Assembly (NCBI RefSeq): GCF_009914755.1
Contig: NC_060931.1
Source: the human T2T-CHM13v2.0 reference genome, Homo sapiens
Length of the DNA: 64,000 bases
Direction: 5' to 3' (one strand)
The notes under the pieces are model-generated. The model saw only the letters and a program-made list of their open reading frames with translations. It was not told the DNA's origin and ran no database searches. This document shows positions 26,463-40,700 of this stretch, in pieces. Position numbers and translations under genes: made by a program. How positions within the stretch are numbered: the first letter of the stretch is position 1; each line of letters starts with the position of its first letter.

Positions 26463-27755
26463 ATGTGGCAAGGCTTGAAACCTCTCTAGCTCTGATGCCT
26501 TACAGTAAGATTAGTGGCTGTGTTAGATTATTGATGTTTCATTTGAACACTGACAATTTTATGATCCTATGCTTTCTCTCAGCAACTAGTCTTCTGGATT
26601 TTTTCATTTATCATCCAGCCATCAGGACTTTTACCTAAATTCTAGATACAATGGCTGATTGTTCTGCAATAACATTTTTTATTGTTCCTAAAAAAGCTTG
26701 TTTTGAATATTCAAACATAAGTTGTTTGATATTGAGATTTTTTAAAATGTACCTTTGCCAAAGAAAAGGGAATGCAGGAATACAGAAGCCAACTAAGATA
26801 CTCTTACTGCTAGTATTTATTCTCTTGCCACAGCTTTAAAAGTGCAAACCAGATAATAAAATTATGAAACATAAATGGAACCAAGCAAGAAGTCTGTTTG
26901 TTTGTTTGTATTTTTAGTAAAGATGGGGTTTTGACATGTTGGCCAGGCTAGTCTTGGACTCCTGGCCTCAAGTGATCCGCCCTCCTCGGCCTCCCAAAGT
27001 GTTCGGATTACACGCATGAACCACTGTGCCTGGCCTATATGTTTTTAAGTTACATTATTCACAGAAATCGTTAGGCATGAATGTCCTTGTGGGCATATAG
27101 AAAAACATGATTTCATGTCATTTCAAAAACAGAACCCAGACTACTTTTGTACAGCATTTCTTAAGACACTTTCCCTTGAAGAAGGAAATATGTTAGAGGT
27201 GCGATATCTTAAGATAAGCCTTGAGAAAAATAAAATGAAAAGAAGTAGGAAGAAGGAATTTATGTTTTTTTTTTAAAAAGTGAGGAAACATTCAAGTTAT
27301 GAAATATTGCTAAGTGCATCACAACAAGGGTTGCAATGACACAGAGAAGATCTGCAGAATCCTGCACAGGAGGCTGTGTGCTGGGAATGTACACTGTTTT
27401 ACTGTTTTTCAGAGGAGGATGAATGGAAGGAGGACTTACAGTCTTCTCAGTTGTATTTGGAGCTTAGTTCTTTGACCATGACTTTACTGCCATAATTTGA
27501 TAATGGGCAGACCATAAAGAATCCATGCAGTAAACTCTGCACGGATGTGTTCTTGGCACTTAGCCATTGTATCTAAAATTTAGGTAAAAGTCCTGATGAC
27601 TGGATAATAAATGAAAAAATCCAGAAGACTAGTTGCTGAGAGAAAGCATAGGATCATAAAATCATCAGTGTTCAAATGAAACATCAATAATCTAACACAA
27701 CTACTAATTTTACTATAAGGCATCAGAGCTAGAGAGGTTTCAAGCCTTGCCACAT
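26463..27755. repeat. 194 bp inverted repeat (26463-26656 / 27562-27755), 905 bp spacer
   Basis: Hand alignment gives 9 mismatches in 194 bp and no indels. Confidence 0.95.
26896..27035 (-). mobile_element. Alu left monomer (FLAM-like or half Alu)
   Basis: Only the left arm is present, with a (GTTT)n tail. Confidence 0.85.
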
Positions 27756-27778
27756 GAGTCAAAGGGTAAAGGCACTAT

Positions 27779-28290
27779 GTGTTGTCTTTAAAGAGATATG
27801 CCAATTCTTGCCTTGCTCACTGCACCACAATACTTTTCTGTACTGGGAGGAGTAGGCTCAGGGAAAAGAGGCTCTTCTCTAGCCACAGTGTGAACTATAA
27901 TGCTTCTAAGATGGACTGAGGAATCAACAAATATTCATTCTGTCAAATGAGATGTAAAGGCAGATCTGCACGAGGGCTTCAGGAAATGTTTTTCTCCCTG
28001 ATAAAAAGAGGCACCAGGAAGATATAGTTTCTTTGTCTTCCTCTCCAGAAGGTTGTGTGATGGCCTGAAAATTGAAGCAACATTCATCTTTTTGTAGTCA
28101 TGAAAAGAAGGCCATGAGACCACAGGGAAACCAAGCTAGAGTTCTGCCATCAGTGAGTGCTCAAGAATAACCTGGTCTGGAGCCATCCACCCCAAATCTC
28201 TTGTAATGTGGGATACAAAATCTCTCATTTTATCCAAGACTCTTGTATTGGGATTCTTCAACTTGAAGGCATCACTTGGTAATAAATACT
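27779..28290 (+). mobile_element. MLT1J/K-like MaLR LTR
   Basis: gagatgtaaaggcagatctgc..ggcttcaggaaatgtttttctccctgataaaaaga...cttgtaatgtgggata. Confidence 0.6.
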
Positions 28291-30547
28291 ACTGAGGCTA
28301 CTCTAGATGTGATGTATCCCTACCTTCTAGGCTTCTCTATGGTTGGATCTGCCTCTAAACCCTGCCTCTAGGGTTATATCTCACAGACCATAGTCATGCA
28401 GGAAGTGTGGTAGGGCTTTGGCCAACATGTATGAGGTGAACACATCTGGCTAGCCCGAGTTAATCGTTTTCTGCTCATCAGCCTGTTGCCTGATCCACAC
28501 AACTATGATTCTGCTTCTATTTCTTCTCTAGAACACTAGCTTCCTTTTTAGGTGGGCCTCAGGTAAAATCTGGCCCTGTTGCGTGCTACCTTGACACCTG
28601 GAATGACAAGGCCTCCTTTCCATTGCTTTAGAAGTGGTCATCTGATCAATTGTATTAGGACAACCTAGCGGCTTTCAAAAGTGTGGATGCCCGGTCTCCT
28701 CCCAGCTCCCCACAGTCCATCAGGAAGGGTCATGTCAGCAAGCCTCCCAGATGACTCAGAAGTGGGTTAAAGCTGAAAGTTCCACATACCTTCTGACTGT
28801 TCTCTCACCGGGCCCATGCATGAATGAACATAAAACCAGGTTCATTGCCTCTACCTGCCTGGGTTTAGAATACATCCACCACCTGGATCTCCTCTTGCTT
28901 CCTTGTCCTCACCAGGTCGAACCTGCCTGAGTCTGTCATTTCATCTGAGCCTGCCCTTGGATGGCCCCACTGCCCCAATGGGGCAAGCCCCTTGGTGGTG
29001 TCCATTCCCTCAGTCCCATCCTTTCTGTCTTCATCTTTCTCTCCAGTACCTGTAATTAAGCTCAACTCAATTATGTCATCTCCCAGATGTCCACTGATAC
29101 CGTGTCCCCATGAATGACCTCTATGAGTTAATCAAAGGAAACTCAGATTTTAAAAAATTGCTTAAAATAAAAGTATAAGCCATCAACTAATGTTCGGTGC
29201 ATGAGCTGGGTCAGCACTGCTCAACTACTTGAAGAAATCAAGATGCCTTTGATGTCCTTGTTTATTTTGCTTTTTGTTCCTCTAAAAAAAATCTCTTAAG
29301 AGAAGAAAAAATTATATTTTGCCTATTTTAAAAATAAAAGAATTAAGATAATCTATGGTTTGCCCGAAGTCACGCAGTACTCATTTGAGCCAAAATCTCA
29401 TTGTCCAACTGGTCCCAAGAGTCCTTTCAAGTAACTTCGTCAGCTGTCCTTTGCCAGCATGTAATGCAGTGATGCAATGCTCTGGTAGTAATTTGGAACA
29501 ATCCAGGAAGCAATATTCTCAGTGTTCAAGGCCCGGCACTGCCCGGGGGAAATTAAACCTTATCTACCCCAGCACATGATGCATGCCATTCTCCTTGAGA
29601 GGGCTTTTCTGCTGCTGCAACGGGAAAATGCAATCAGTTTCACCCATCACTGAGTTCTACAGACTTTTGTGTTTTTTTTTAATTTACTAATAATAGGGCA
29701 ATTAATGTAATTTTAAGAAGTTTTCTTTCCTTTAAAAAGAGGCTGGCCTGTGCTCCTAATTAAAACTGCTTTTCACACTCTGAACAAGGCTTCAGATTTC
29801 GATTGGCAAAATCCCATAGCGCTTGGCCTAGAGGGTTTATTTTTAAGGGTCTGGTGAGATTTTGAGTAAAAAATGATTAGTGAAATTGCTCCTCATCCTA
29901 ACTAGAGCCTGCAAAACAGCGAAGAGTTCTGTAGTCACTGGTGTATTCATGACAAAGTAATTATTTTTCTACTTAGCCAGAAGGAAATGGGAGGTTTCTT
30001 TGAAGGCTTGAGATCTGCTTCTTAGAATGGGAGACCGAAATCTTTAACAGCTAATGGTATTTGTTTGAGTTCTTTGAACTGTCAGAGCATAAATTAGGTC
30101 ACCACAGGTCCCATTTCGACTGGAGCATTCAAAACCAGTATATCCTCATGGCCATTTTGAGAGTTATCATGTAAACAAGCAAAAATCTTCCATCTTCAGA
30201 AACCCTTGTTTGATGCTATATTCCACCAACTCCTGCCCTCTTACTCTGTCCTTCTCTTCAAGGTCAATGAACAGTTTTTAAGCCTTAGCTTCTTTTTCCT
30301 CCCAGCAGCATTTGACCCTGTTGATCATGCCTTTCTTGAAATCCCCTTGTTCTTTTGATTCCTTAACAATTATTCTCACTGGTTCTCTTCAGTCCCATTG
30401 CCCCCAGTTCCAAATCCAAGTGCTTATCCAGCCAATTTTTGCTCTTCTCCAAATGTAAGCTGTCAGCCCACAGCTAAAAGAGAGATGAGGTGAGATCACA
30501 GGGATTAGGAGTTGTTTGATAAATTGTGTTTTCTTTAGTAGATATAT

Positions 30548-30680
30548 TCAATAGAACTCTCTCTGATTGAGCACTTGAAATGTGGCCAACGTGATTGAAG
30601 AAGTAAATTGTTAAATGTAATTTAATTTAAATTAATTGAAAGAGCCACATGTGACAAATGGCTATTTTATTGGACAGTGT
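30548..30680 (+). mobile_element. MER3 fragment
   Basis: ttgagcacttgaaatgtggc...agccacatgtgacaaatggctattttattggacagtg. Confidence 0.7.
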
Positions 30681-30687
30681 TTTGTGA

Positions 30688-30856
30688 AGTCTTGCCACAT
30701 AAAATGTGGTCCATGGGCCAGTGGCTTCTGCATCACCTGGGTGCTGGTTATAAATGCCTACTCTCAGGCTCCTCCCTGGACCTACAGACTCAGAATCTGC
30801 ATCTTAGCAAGATCACCAGATGATTCGTAAGCACAATAATATTTGAGAAATAGTGC
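30688..30856 (+). mobile_element. MER5A/B
   Basis: tgtggtccatgggccag...catcacctggg...tcagaatctgcat...atgattcgtaagcac...tttgagaaatagtg. Confidence 0.75.
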
Positions 30857-33142
30857 TTTAGAAGTTTAACTTTTAAACCACTAGAGTGACAGACATGTGT
30901 ACAACTTCTGGATATTATTATACCCTGAAGAAAGTGCTTTCTGTGAATTCTTACAGAGTCCTCCTTGTCACATTAATCAGATATATTGTTGATTATATCT
31001 TGATTGACATTCCTCTGGATGTCAAAATTCTAAGATAATTGTTTCTGTAAACAGTTGAGTTTAATCTACTGATCTGAGCTACATGTCATTCTTTAGTCCA
31101 GAGTATATCATTTGTTAGAAAAAATGCCAGCTCCCTTCCTGTGCTCTGGGGAAATAAATAGTTTCTTTCTTTCATAAAGACATAGAATAAAGAAGATGAA
31201 AAAAATTAAACCTCATTGTACAGTAACCTGTAAAGAGGTCACTTGCTTCTTCTATACTAAAATCAGACTGGTACTCTAAGGCATGAGTGAAGATTTGCAC
31301 AAAACATTTAAGGATCTAAGACTAAAAAGAAGATCAGAGAAAAAGTCTACATTGGACAAAATGTTTTTTCATTCATTTTATTTACTTTTTAATTTTGAAT
31401 TTTTATGGGTATGTTGGTGCATATTTTTATGAGGTGCATAAGATATTCTGATACAGGCATACAATGTGTAATAATCACATCAAAGTAATTGGGGTATTCA
31501 TCACCTCAAGCATTTACCCTTTCTTTGTGTTGTAAACATTCCAATTATGCTTTTACTTATTTTTAAATGTACAATAAATTACTGTAGACTGTATGTGTGT
31601 ACTAGATCTTATTCCATCTATCTAACTATATTTTTGCACCCATTAACAATTGACCATTCCCACTCTGCCCCCTGCCACTTCCCCACTACCCTTTCCAGCC
31701 TCTAGTAACCATCATTCTACTCTCTATCTTCATTGGTTCAATTGTTTTAAATTTTAGCTCCCACAAATGAGGGAGGACATGTGAAATTTGTCTTTATTTG
31801 CCTAGCTTATTTCACTTAACATAATTATCTCCAGTTACATCCATATTGATGAAAATAACAGGATCTCATTCTTTTTTATGGCTGAATAGTACTCCATTGT
31901 GTATATGTACCACATTTTCTTTATCCCAGATTTCTTTGAGTTGTATCCCAAAAGCACAAGTATCAAAGCAATAATGGACAACAGGGATCACATCAAGTTA
32001 AAAAAAAATGCACAGCAAAGGAAACAACAAAGTGAAGAGACAAAGAATGGGAAAAAATATTTGCAAACTGTCTGTCTGACAAGTGATTAATAGATACAAT
32101 GTATAAAGGAGCTCAAGCAACTCAATAGAAAAAAATTTGTTAATGAACACTTAGATTGATTCCAAATCTTGGATATTGTGAATAGTACCACAATAAACAT
32201 GGGAATGCAGATATCTCTTTGATATACTGATTTTCTTATTTTGGGTAAATGCTTATCTGTGGGATTGCTGGATCATATGCTAGTTTTATTTTTAGTTTTT
32301 TTAAGGAACCTCCGTACTGTTCTCCAGGATGGCTATGATAATTCACATTTTCACCAACAATGTATCAGGGTTCCCATTACTCCACCACCGCACCAGCATT
32401 CATTATTGATTGTCTTTTGGATAAAAGCCATTTTAACTGGGGTGAGATGATATCCAATTGTAGTTTTGATTTGCATTTTCTCTAATAATCAGTGATGTTG
32501 AGTACCTTTTCATATATCTGTTTGCCATTTGTATGTCTTCTTCTGATAAATGCCATTTTAAATTAGATTATTATATTTTTTCCTATTTTTTTAACTTGAT
32601 GTGCTCCCTCTTGACCATTATTTGATACTCATGCTTTTGGGATATTACTCAAAAAATCTGTGCCCAAACCAACGCCCTGGAGAGTTTTCCCAATATTTTC
32701 CTTTAGTAGTTTCATAGTTTGAGGTCTTAGATTTAAGTCTTTAATCAATTTTGATTTGTTTTTTGTATGTGCCAAGAGATAGTGGTCTAGTTTCATTATT
32801 CTGAATATGAATATCCTATTTTCCCAGTACCATTTATTGAAAAGACTGTGCTTTCCCCAATGCATATTCTTGGCACCTTTCTTGAAAATAAGTTCACTGT
32901 AGATGTATGGATTTATTTATTGATTCTCTATTCTATTCCATTGGTCTATGTGCCGATTTTAATGCTAGTACTGTGCTGTTTTGGTTACTATTTCTCTGTA
33001 ATATAATTTGAAATCAGGTATGTGATTCCTCCAGTTTTGTTCTTTTTGCTCAGGATGGCTTCGGCTATTTGGGGTATTTTGTAGTTCCATATAAATTTTA
33101 GGTTTTTTTTTCCTACTTCTGTGAAGAATATCATTAGTATTT

Positions 33143-33446
33143 ATTTATTTATTTTTATTTTTTTGAGACAGAGTCTTGCTCTGTCACCCAGGCTGGAGTG
33201 CAGTAGCATGATAATCAGCTCACTGCAACCTCTGCCTCCCAGGTTCAAGCGATTCTCCTGACTCAGCCTCCTGAGCAGCTGGGATTACAGGTGTGTGCCA
33301 CCATGCCCGGCTAATTTTTGTATTTCTTAGCAGAGACTGAGTTTCACCATGTTGGTCAGGCTGGTCTTGAACTCCTGACCTCATGATCTGCCCATCTTGG
33401 CCTCCCAAAGTGCTGGGATTACAAGCGTGAGCCACCACACCTGGCC
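33143..33446 (-). mobile_element. AluSg/Sc-like inserted in L1
   Basis: 16 bp TSD aatatcat(t/c)agtattt at 33127-33142 and 33447-33462. Confidence 0.95.
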
Positions 33447-33602
33447 AATATCATCAGTATTTTGATAAGGATTGCATTGAATTTGTAGATTGCTTTGGGT
33501 ATTATGGACATTTTAAAATACTAATTCTTTCAATCCATGAACATGGAATATTTTTTCATCTTTTTGTGTCCTCGTTAATTTCTTGCATCAACTTTTTACA
33601 GT

Positions 33603-35855
33603 TGATATGGTTTGGCTATGTCCTCACCCAAATATCTTGAATTGTAGTTCCCATAATCCCCACAGGGACTTGGTGGGAGGTAATTGAATCATGGAGGCAG
33701 TTATCTCCATGCTGTTCTCCTGAAAGTGAGTGAATTCTCAGAAGATCTGATAGTTTTATAAGGGGATTTTCCCCTTTTGCTTGGGACTTCTTGCTGCCAC
33801 CATGTGAAGAAGGATGTGTTTGCTTCCCCTCCCACCATGATTGTAAGTTTCCTGAGGCCTCCCCAGCCATGCTGAGCTGTGAGTCAATTAAACCTCTTTC
33901 CTTCATAAATTCCCAGTCTCAGGTATATCTTTATTAGCAGCATGAGAACAGACTAATATAATAAATTGGTACTGCAGAGAGTGGGGTGCTCCTATAAAGA
34001 TACCCAAAAATGTGGAAGTGACTTTGGAACTGGGTAGATTGGAACAGTTTGGAGGGCTCAGAAGAAGACAGGAAAATGTGGGAAAGTTTGGAAATTCCTA
34101 GAGACTTGGAGGGCTCAAGAGACAGGGAGATGTGGGAAAGGTTGGAACTTCCTAGAGACTTATTGAATGGCTTTGACCAAAACGCTGGTAGTGATATGGC
34201 CAATGAAGCCCAGGCTGAGGTGGTTTCAGATGGAGATAAGGAACTTGTTGGAAACTGGAGTAAAGGTCGCTCTTTCTATGCAAAAAGACTGGCAGCATTT
34301 TGCTCCTCACTTAGAGATCTGTGGAACTTTTGAACTTGAGAGAGATGATTTAGGATACTTGGAAAAGAAATTTCTGAACAGAAAAGCATTCAAGAGGAGG
34401 CAGAGCATAAAAGTTTGGAAAATTTGCAGCCTGACAATGCAATAGAAAAGAAAAGCCAATATTCTGCAGAGAAATTCAAGCCAGCTGCAGAAATGTGCAT
34501 AAGTAATGAGGAGCCAAATGCTAATCATCAAGACAATGGGGGAAATGTCTCCAGGGCATGTCAGAGACCTTTTTGGCAACCCCTCTCATCACGGGCCTGG
34601 AGGTCTAGGAGGAAAAAATGGTTTTGCAGGCTAGGCCCAGGACCCCCCTGCTGTGTGCAGCCTAGGGAATTGGTGCCCTGCATCCCAGCTGCCCCAGCCA
34701 TGGCTAAAAGCGGCCATGGTACAGCTCAGGCCGTGGCTTCATAGGGTGCAAGCCCCAAGCCTTGGCAGTTTCCACATGCTGTTGAGCCTGCAGGTGCACA
34801 GAAGTCAATAATTGAGATTTGGGAACCTCCACCTAGATTTCAGAGGATGTATGGAAATACCTGTGTATCTAGGCAGAAGTCTGCTGCAGGGGCAGAGACC
34901 TCATGGAGAACCTCTTCTAGGGAAGTGCAGAAGGGAATTGTAGGGTTGGAGACCCTACACAAAGTCCCCACTGGGACTCTGCCTAGAGGAGCTGTGAGAA
35001 GAGGGCCACTGTCCTCCAGACCCCAGAATTGTAGATTCACTGACAGCTTGCACCATGCAACTGGAAGAGCCACAGATACTTAATGCTAGCCTGTGAAAGC
35101 AGCAAGGAAGGAGGCTGTATCCTGCAAAGCCACAGGGGTGGAGCTGCCCAAGACCATGGGAGCCCACCTCTTGCATCAGCATGACCTGGATGTGAGACAT
35201 GGAGTCAAGATCATTTTGGAACTTTAAGGTTTAATGACTGCCCTTTTGGATTTCAGACTTGCATGGGGTCTGTAGCCCCTTCATTTTGGCCAATTTCTGC
35301 CATTTGGAATGGGAGTATGTACCTCCATTTTATCTAGGAAGCAACTAACTTGCTTTTGATTTTACAGGCTCATGGGCAGAGGGGACTTACCTTGTTTCAG
35401 ATAAGACTTTGGACTTGCACTTTTGAGTTAATGCTGGAATGAGTTAAGACTTTGGGGGACTGTTTGGAAGGCATGATTGTGTTTTGAAATGTGAAGACAT
35501 GAGATTTGGGAGGGGACAGGAGTGGAATGATATGGTTTAGCTGTGTCTCACCCAAATCTCATGTTGAATTATAGTTTCCATAATCGCCACATGTTGTGGG
35601 AGGGACCTGATGGGAGGTATTTGAATCATGGGAGTGGTTACTTCCATGCTGTCCTCCTGAAAGTGAGTTCTCACAAGATCTGATAGTTTTATAAGGGGCT
35701 TTTCCCCTTTTGCTTGGCTCTTCTCCTTGCTGCCACCATGTGAAGAAGGACATGTTTGCTTCCCCTTCCACCATGATTGTAAGTTTCCTGAGGTCTCTTC
35801 CAGCCATGTTGAATTGTTCCCATTAAATCTTTTTTCCTTTATAAATTACTGAGTA
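33603..35855 (+). mobile_element. THE1 (THE1C/D-like) MaLR provirus: LTR 33603-33960, internal 33961-35527, 3' LTR 35528-~35855 (terminus eroded)
   Basis: Two LTRs, each starting tgatatggttt(g/a)gct. The internal region is typical THE1-int (gactttggaactggg..., ggagggctcagaagaagacagg). Confidence 0.93.
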
Positions 35856-36631
35856 TCAGTAATAGTTATAATAAAATAATTTTCATTATAGAGACCTATT
35901 ACTTATTTGGTTAAGTTTATACCTATGTATTTTACTTTACTTGCAGCTATTGCAAATGGGATTATATTCTTAATTTCTTTTTCAGATTGTTTGATGTTGG
36001 CATATAGAAATGGTACTGATTTTTGTATGTTGACTTTGTGCCCTGAAACGTTACTGAATTTGTTTATCAGTTCTAATAGTTTTTCTGGTGGAGTCTTTAG
36101 GTTTCTCCAAATATAAGATCGTGTTACCTGCAAACAAGGATAATTTGACTTCTTCCTTTCCAATTTAGATCCACTTTATTTCTTTCTCCCATATCTTTGC
36201 TCTAGTTGAGACTTCCAGTACTTTACTTAATGACAGTGGTGAAAGTGGGCATCCTTGTCTTGTTTCAGATCTCGAGGAAAGACTTAGTTGTTCCTCATGC
36301 TGTATGATACTAGATGTGGATTTGTCATACATGACTTTTTTTGTTGAAGTAGTTTCTTCTTTATCCAGTTTTTTGAGAGATTTTTATCATGAAGGGGTGT
36401 TGAATTATATCAAATGTTTTTTCAGCATCAATTGTAATGGTTATGTGATTTTTGTCCTTTATTCTTTTGATATGATGTATCACATTGATTGATTTGCATA
36501 CATTAAACCATCCTTGCATGTCTGGAATAAATCCCACTTGATTATAATGCATCTTTTTAATGTTCAGATGAATTCAGTTTGCTAGTATTTTGTTGAGAAT
36601 TTTTGCATAAATTTTCATCAGAGATACTGGC

Positions 36632-36634
<3 letters not shown>

Positions 36635-36694
<60 letters not shown>
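36635..36694. repeat. (TC)n microsatellite
   Basis: About 30 TC units with one interruption. Confidence 0.95.
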
Positions 36695-37444
36695 ATTTTT
36701 TGATGTGTTTTTGTCTGGTTTTGGCATTAGGGTAATAATGGCTTCATAGAATGAGTTTGGATGTATTCCCTCCTCCTCTATTTTTCAGAATAGTTTGAGT
36801 AGGATTGGTATTAGTTCTTCTTTAAATGTTTGGTAAAATTCTGCAGGGAAGCCATGAAGTCCCAGAGTTTTCTTTGCTAGGAGATTTAATTTCATTACTT
36901 GTTGGTGTTCTATTCTGAATTTGGATTTCTTCATTGGTCAATCTTGGTAGATTGTATGTATCTAGAAATTTATCAATTTCTTTTGGTTTTTCCAATTTAT
37001 TGGCATATAGTTATTCAGAATAGTCTCTAATGACTTTTGAATTTCTGTGGTATCAGTTTTAATATCTCCTTTTTCATCTCTGATTTTATTTATTTGGGTC
37101 TTCTCTCTTTTTTTTCTTAGTCTGGCTAAAGATTTGTTGATTTTGCTTATCTTTAAAAAAACAACTTTTCATTTCATTGAGCTTTTGTGTTGTAGTATTT
37201 CTTTTCTTCTAATAATTTTGGGCTTAGTTTGCTCTTGTTTTTCTAGTTGTTTAAAATACATCATTAGGTTGTTTACTGTTTATTAGGTTGTTTATTGATT
37301 ATTAGCTTGCTTATTGAAAAGTTTCTACTTGTCTGAGGTAGGTGCATGTTGCTATAAACTTTTCTTTTAGTATCGCTTTTGTTGCACTCCTATTGGTTTT
37401 GGTATATTGTGGTTTCATTTTAATTTGCTTCAAGAAATTTTTAA

Positions 37445-37756
<312 letters not shown>

Positions 37757-40700
37757 TAATTTATTAATTGAAGCATTGGTCATTCAGAGCATATTGTTTA
37801 ATTACCATGAGTTTGTATAGATTCCCAAGTTCTTCATATTATTGATTGTAGTTATATTCCATTATTCTCAGAGAAGTTACTCGATATGATTTCAATTTTT
37901 TTAATATTTAAAGACTTGTTTTGTGGTCTAACATATGGTCTATCCTTGAGTGTAATCTATGTGCTGAGAAGAATGTGTATTCTGCATCCATTGGATGAAA
38001 GGTTCTATAAATATCTATTATGTCCATTTGGTCTATAGTGCAGATTAAGTCCAATGTTTCTTTGTTGATTTGCTGTCTCAATGATCTGTCTGTCCAATGC
38101 TGAAAGTGGAGAGTGTTGAAGTCTCCAGCTATTATTGTATTGCAATCTATCTCTCTATATAGGTCTAATAATATATGCTTTATATATCTGGGTATTCCAA
38201 CAGTGGGTGCATATATATTTACCCAATATCCTCTTGGTGAATTGACCCCTTTATCATTATATAACAATCTTTGTCTTTTTTATAAGTTTTGTCTTGAAAT
38301 CTATTTTATCTTATGTAAGTATAGCTACTTCTGTTTTTATTTTTATTTGCATAGAGTATTTTTCTAGCCTTTTATTTTCAGTCTATGTGCTTCTTTACAG
38401 GTGAAGTATCTTGTAGATCATTGGATCTTGTTTTTTTTTTTTTCAATCCTTTCAGCCACTCTATGTCTTCTGATTATATAATTTAGTCTATTTATATTCA
38501 ATGTTTTTAATTGATAAGTAAGGATTTAGTATAGCCACTTTGCTATTTGTTTTCTGGTTGTTTCTTGGTCTTGTCTTCCTTCCTTTCTTTCTGTCTTCTC
38601 TTTTCTGAAAGTGATTTTCTCTGATGGTATGTTTTAATTTCTTGCTTTTCATTTTTTATGTCTGTTACAGGTTTTTTGATTTGAGGTTGCCATGAGGCTT
38701 GCACATAACGTCTTATAAATCATTATTTCAGCTGATAAAACTTTAACTGACTACAAAAACAAACAAAGAGAAAAACTAATGAACACTCTATGCTTTAACT
38801 TCATCCACACCACTTTATAACTTTTTACTGCTTTTCTATTGATATCTTATTATACTATCTCTGCATTAAAAAGTCATTGTAGTTATTATTTTTGATAGGT
38901 GTGACTTTTAGTCTTCCTACTCAAGATATGAATAATTTACACACCACAGTTACAGTGATATAATATCCTGTATTTGTGTACTCATTATTACCAGTGAGTT
39001 TTGTACCTTCAGGTGATTTCTTATTGCCTGTTAACATCCTTTCCCTTCACATTAAAGAACTGTCCTTAGCATTTCTTGTAAGACATGTCTGGTGTTGATG
39101 AAATCCCTCAGCTTTCGTTTGTCTGGGAAAGTCTTTATTTCTCCTTCATTTATGTAGGGTATTTTTGTTGGATGTACTATTCTAGGCTAAAAGTTTTTTC
39201 CCTTCAGCACTTTAAATATGTGACGCCACTCTCTTCTGGCCTCTAAGCTTTCCAGTGAGAAATCTGCTGCCAGGTGTATTGGAGCTCCTTTATATGTTGT
39301 TTGTTTCTTTCTTTTGCTGATTTTATGAATCTTTCTTTATCTTTGACCTTTGGGAGCTTGATTATTAAATGTCTTTAGGTATTCTTATTTGGGTTAAATA
39401 TGCTTGGTGGCCTATACCATTCTTATACTTAAACATGAATATATTTGTATATTTTGGAAAGGTTCTCTATTATTATCCATTTGAATAAACATTCTACCCT
39501 GATCTCTTTCTCTCTGCTTCCTTATTAAGGCCAATAACTCTTAGATATGCCCTTCTGAGGCTATTTTCTAGGCTTGTAGGCATGCTTCACTCTTTTTTTC
39601 TTTTGTTTAATCTGTGTGTTTTCAAATCGCCTATCCTTAAGCACACTAATTCCTTCTTCTGCTTGATCAATTCTGCTGTTGAGACACAGTAATGCATTCT
39701 GCAGTTTGTCAATTGATTTTTTAATTCCAGAATTTCTGCTTGATTTAAAAAAATTATTTCAATCTCTTTACTAAAGTTATCTGATAGGACTCTGAATTCC
39801 TTCTCTGTGTTATGTTGAAATTCATTGAGCTTCCTCAAAACAACTGTTTTGAATTCTGTCTGAAAGGTCACATATTTCGGTTACTCTGGGATCGGTCACT
39901 GGTAATTTATGTAGCTTGTTTGATGTAGTCACATTTACTTAGATGATTTTGAGGCTTGTGGACATTCACTGATATCTGGGCATTGAAGAGCTAGATATTT
40001 ATTCTAATCTTCACACTCTGGGCTTATTTGTACCTGTCTTTCTTGAGAAGGCTTTCCAAGTATTCAAAGGGAATTGAGTGTTGTGATTTAAGTCTTTGGT
40101 CACTCACTGCAGCCACATCTGCATTAGGAGACACCCCAAGCCCAGTAACAATGTGACCCTTGCAGACTTGTAAAAGCATCATTTTGGTGGTCTTGGGTAA
40201 GATCTGGGTGAATTCCCTGAATTCCCAAGCATTGTCTCTGGTTCACTTTCCATACTTTTCCCCCAAACAAATGGAGTCTCCCTGTCTGTGATGAGCTGCC
40301 TGGAGTTGGGGAAGGGGTGATGGAACCACTCCTGTGGCCTCCATTGCTGGGTCACACCTGAAGCCAACACAGTACGGTCTCACCCAAGGCCTGTGGAGAC
40401 TGTTGCCTAGCTATCACTGATGTTTATTCAAGGCCCATGGGCTCTTTAGTCAGCAAGTGGTATATCCTTCCAGGCCTGTGTCTTTTCCTTCAGGTCAACA
40501 GGTTCCCTTCTGGCCCAGGATTGACCTAGAAATGTTATCTGGGGAATAGGGCCTGAAATCAGGAATTTAAGGAGTCTACTTGGTGCTTTATTTTACTATG
40601 GCTGAACTCATACCCAAGTTGCAAGACAAAGTCCTTTTACTCTTCCCTCTCCTTTCCTCAAGCAAGAGTCTCTCCCTGTGTCTGCCACTGCCCTGGCCCA

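Noticed and set aside
29400-30200. Repeat-poor stretch with NF-kB-like and CCAAT-like motifs, a possible enhancer
   Set aside because: Short motifs occur by chance at this density. No CpG island or other sequence-only support.
31300-31375. Possible continuation of the 41565/43677 inverted arm on the far side of the 10 kb L1
   Set aside because: Only weak AT-rich similarity to the reverse complement of 43680-43740. Not distinguishable from chance.
34040-34165. ~55 bp tandem duplication in the THE1 internal region, and overlapping ORFs at 33934-35200
   Set aside because: As I recall, this duplication is a feature of some THE1-int consensus sequences. The ORFs are decayed MaLR internal sequence.
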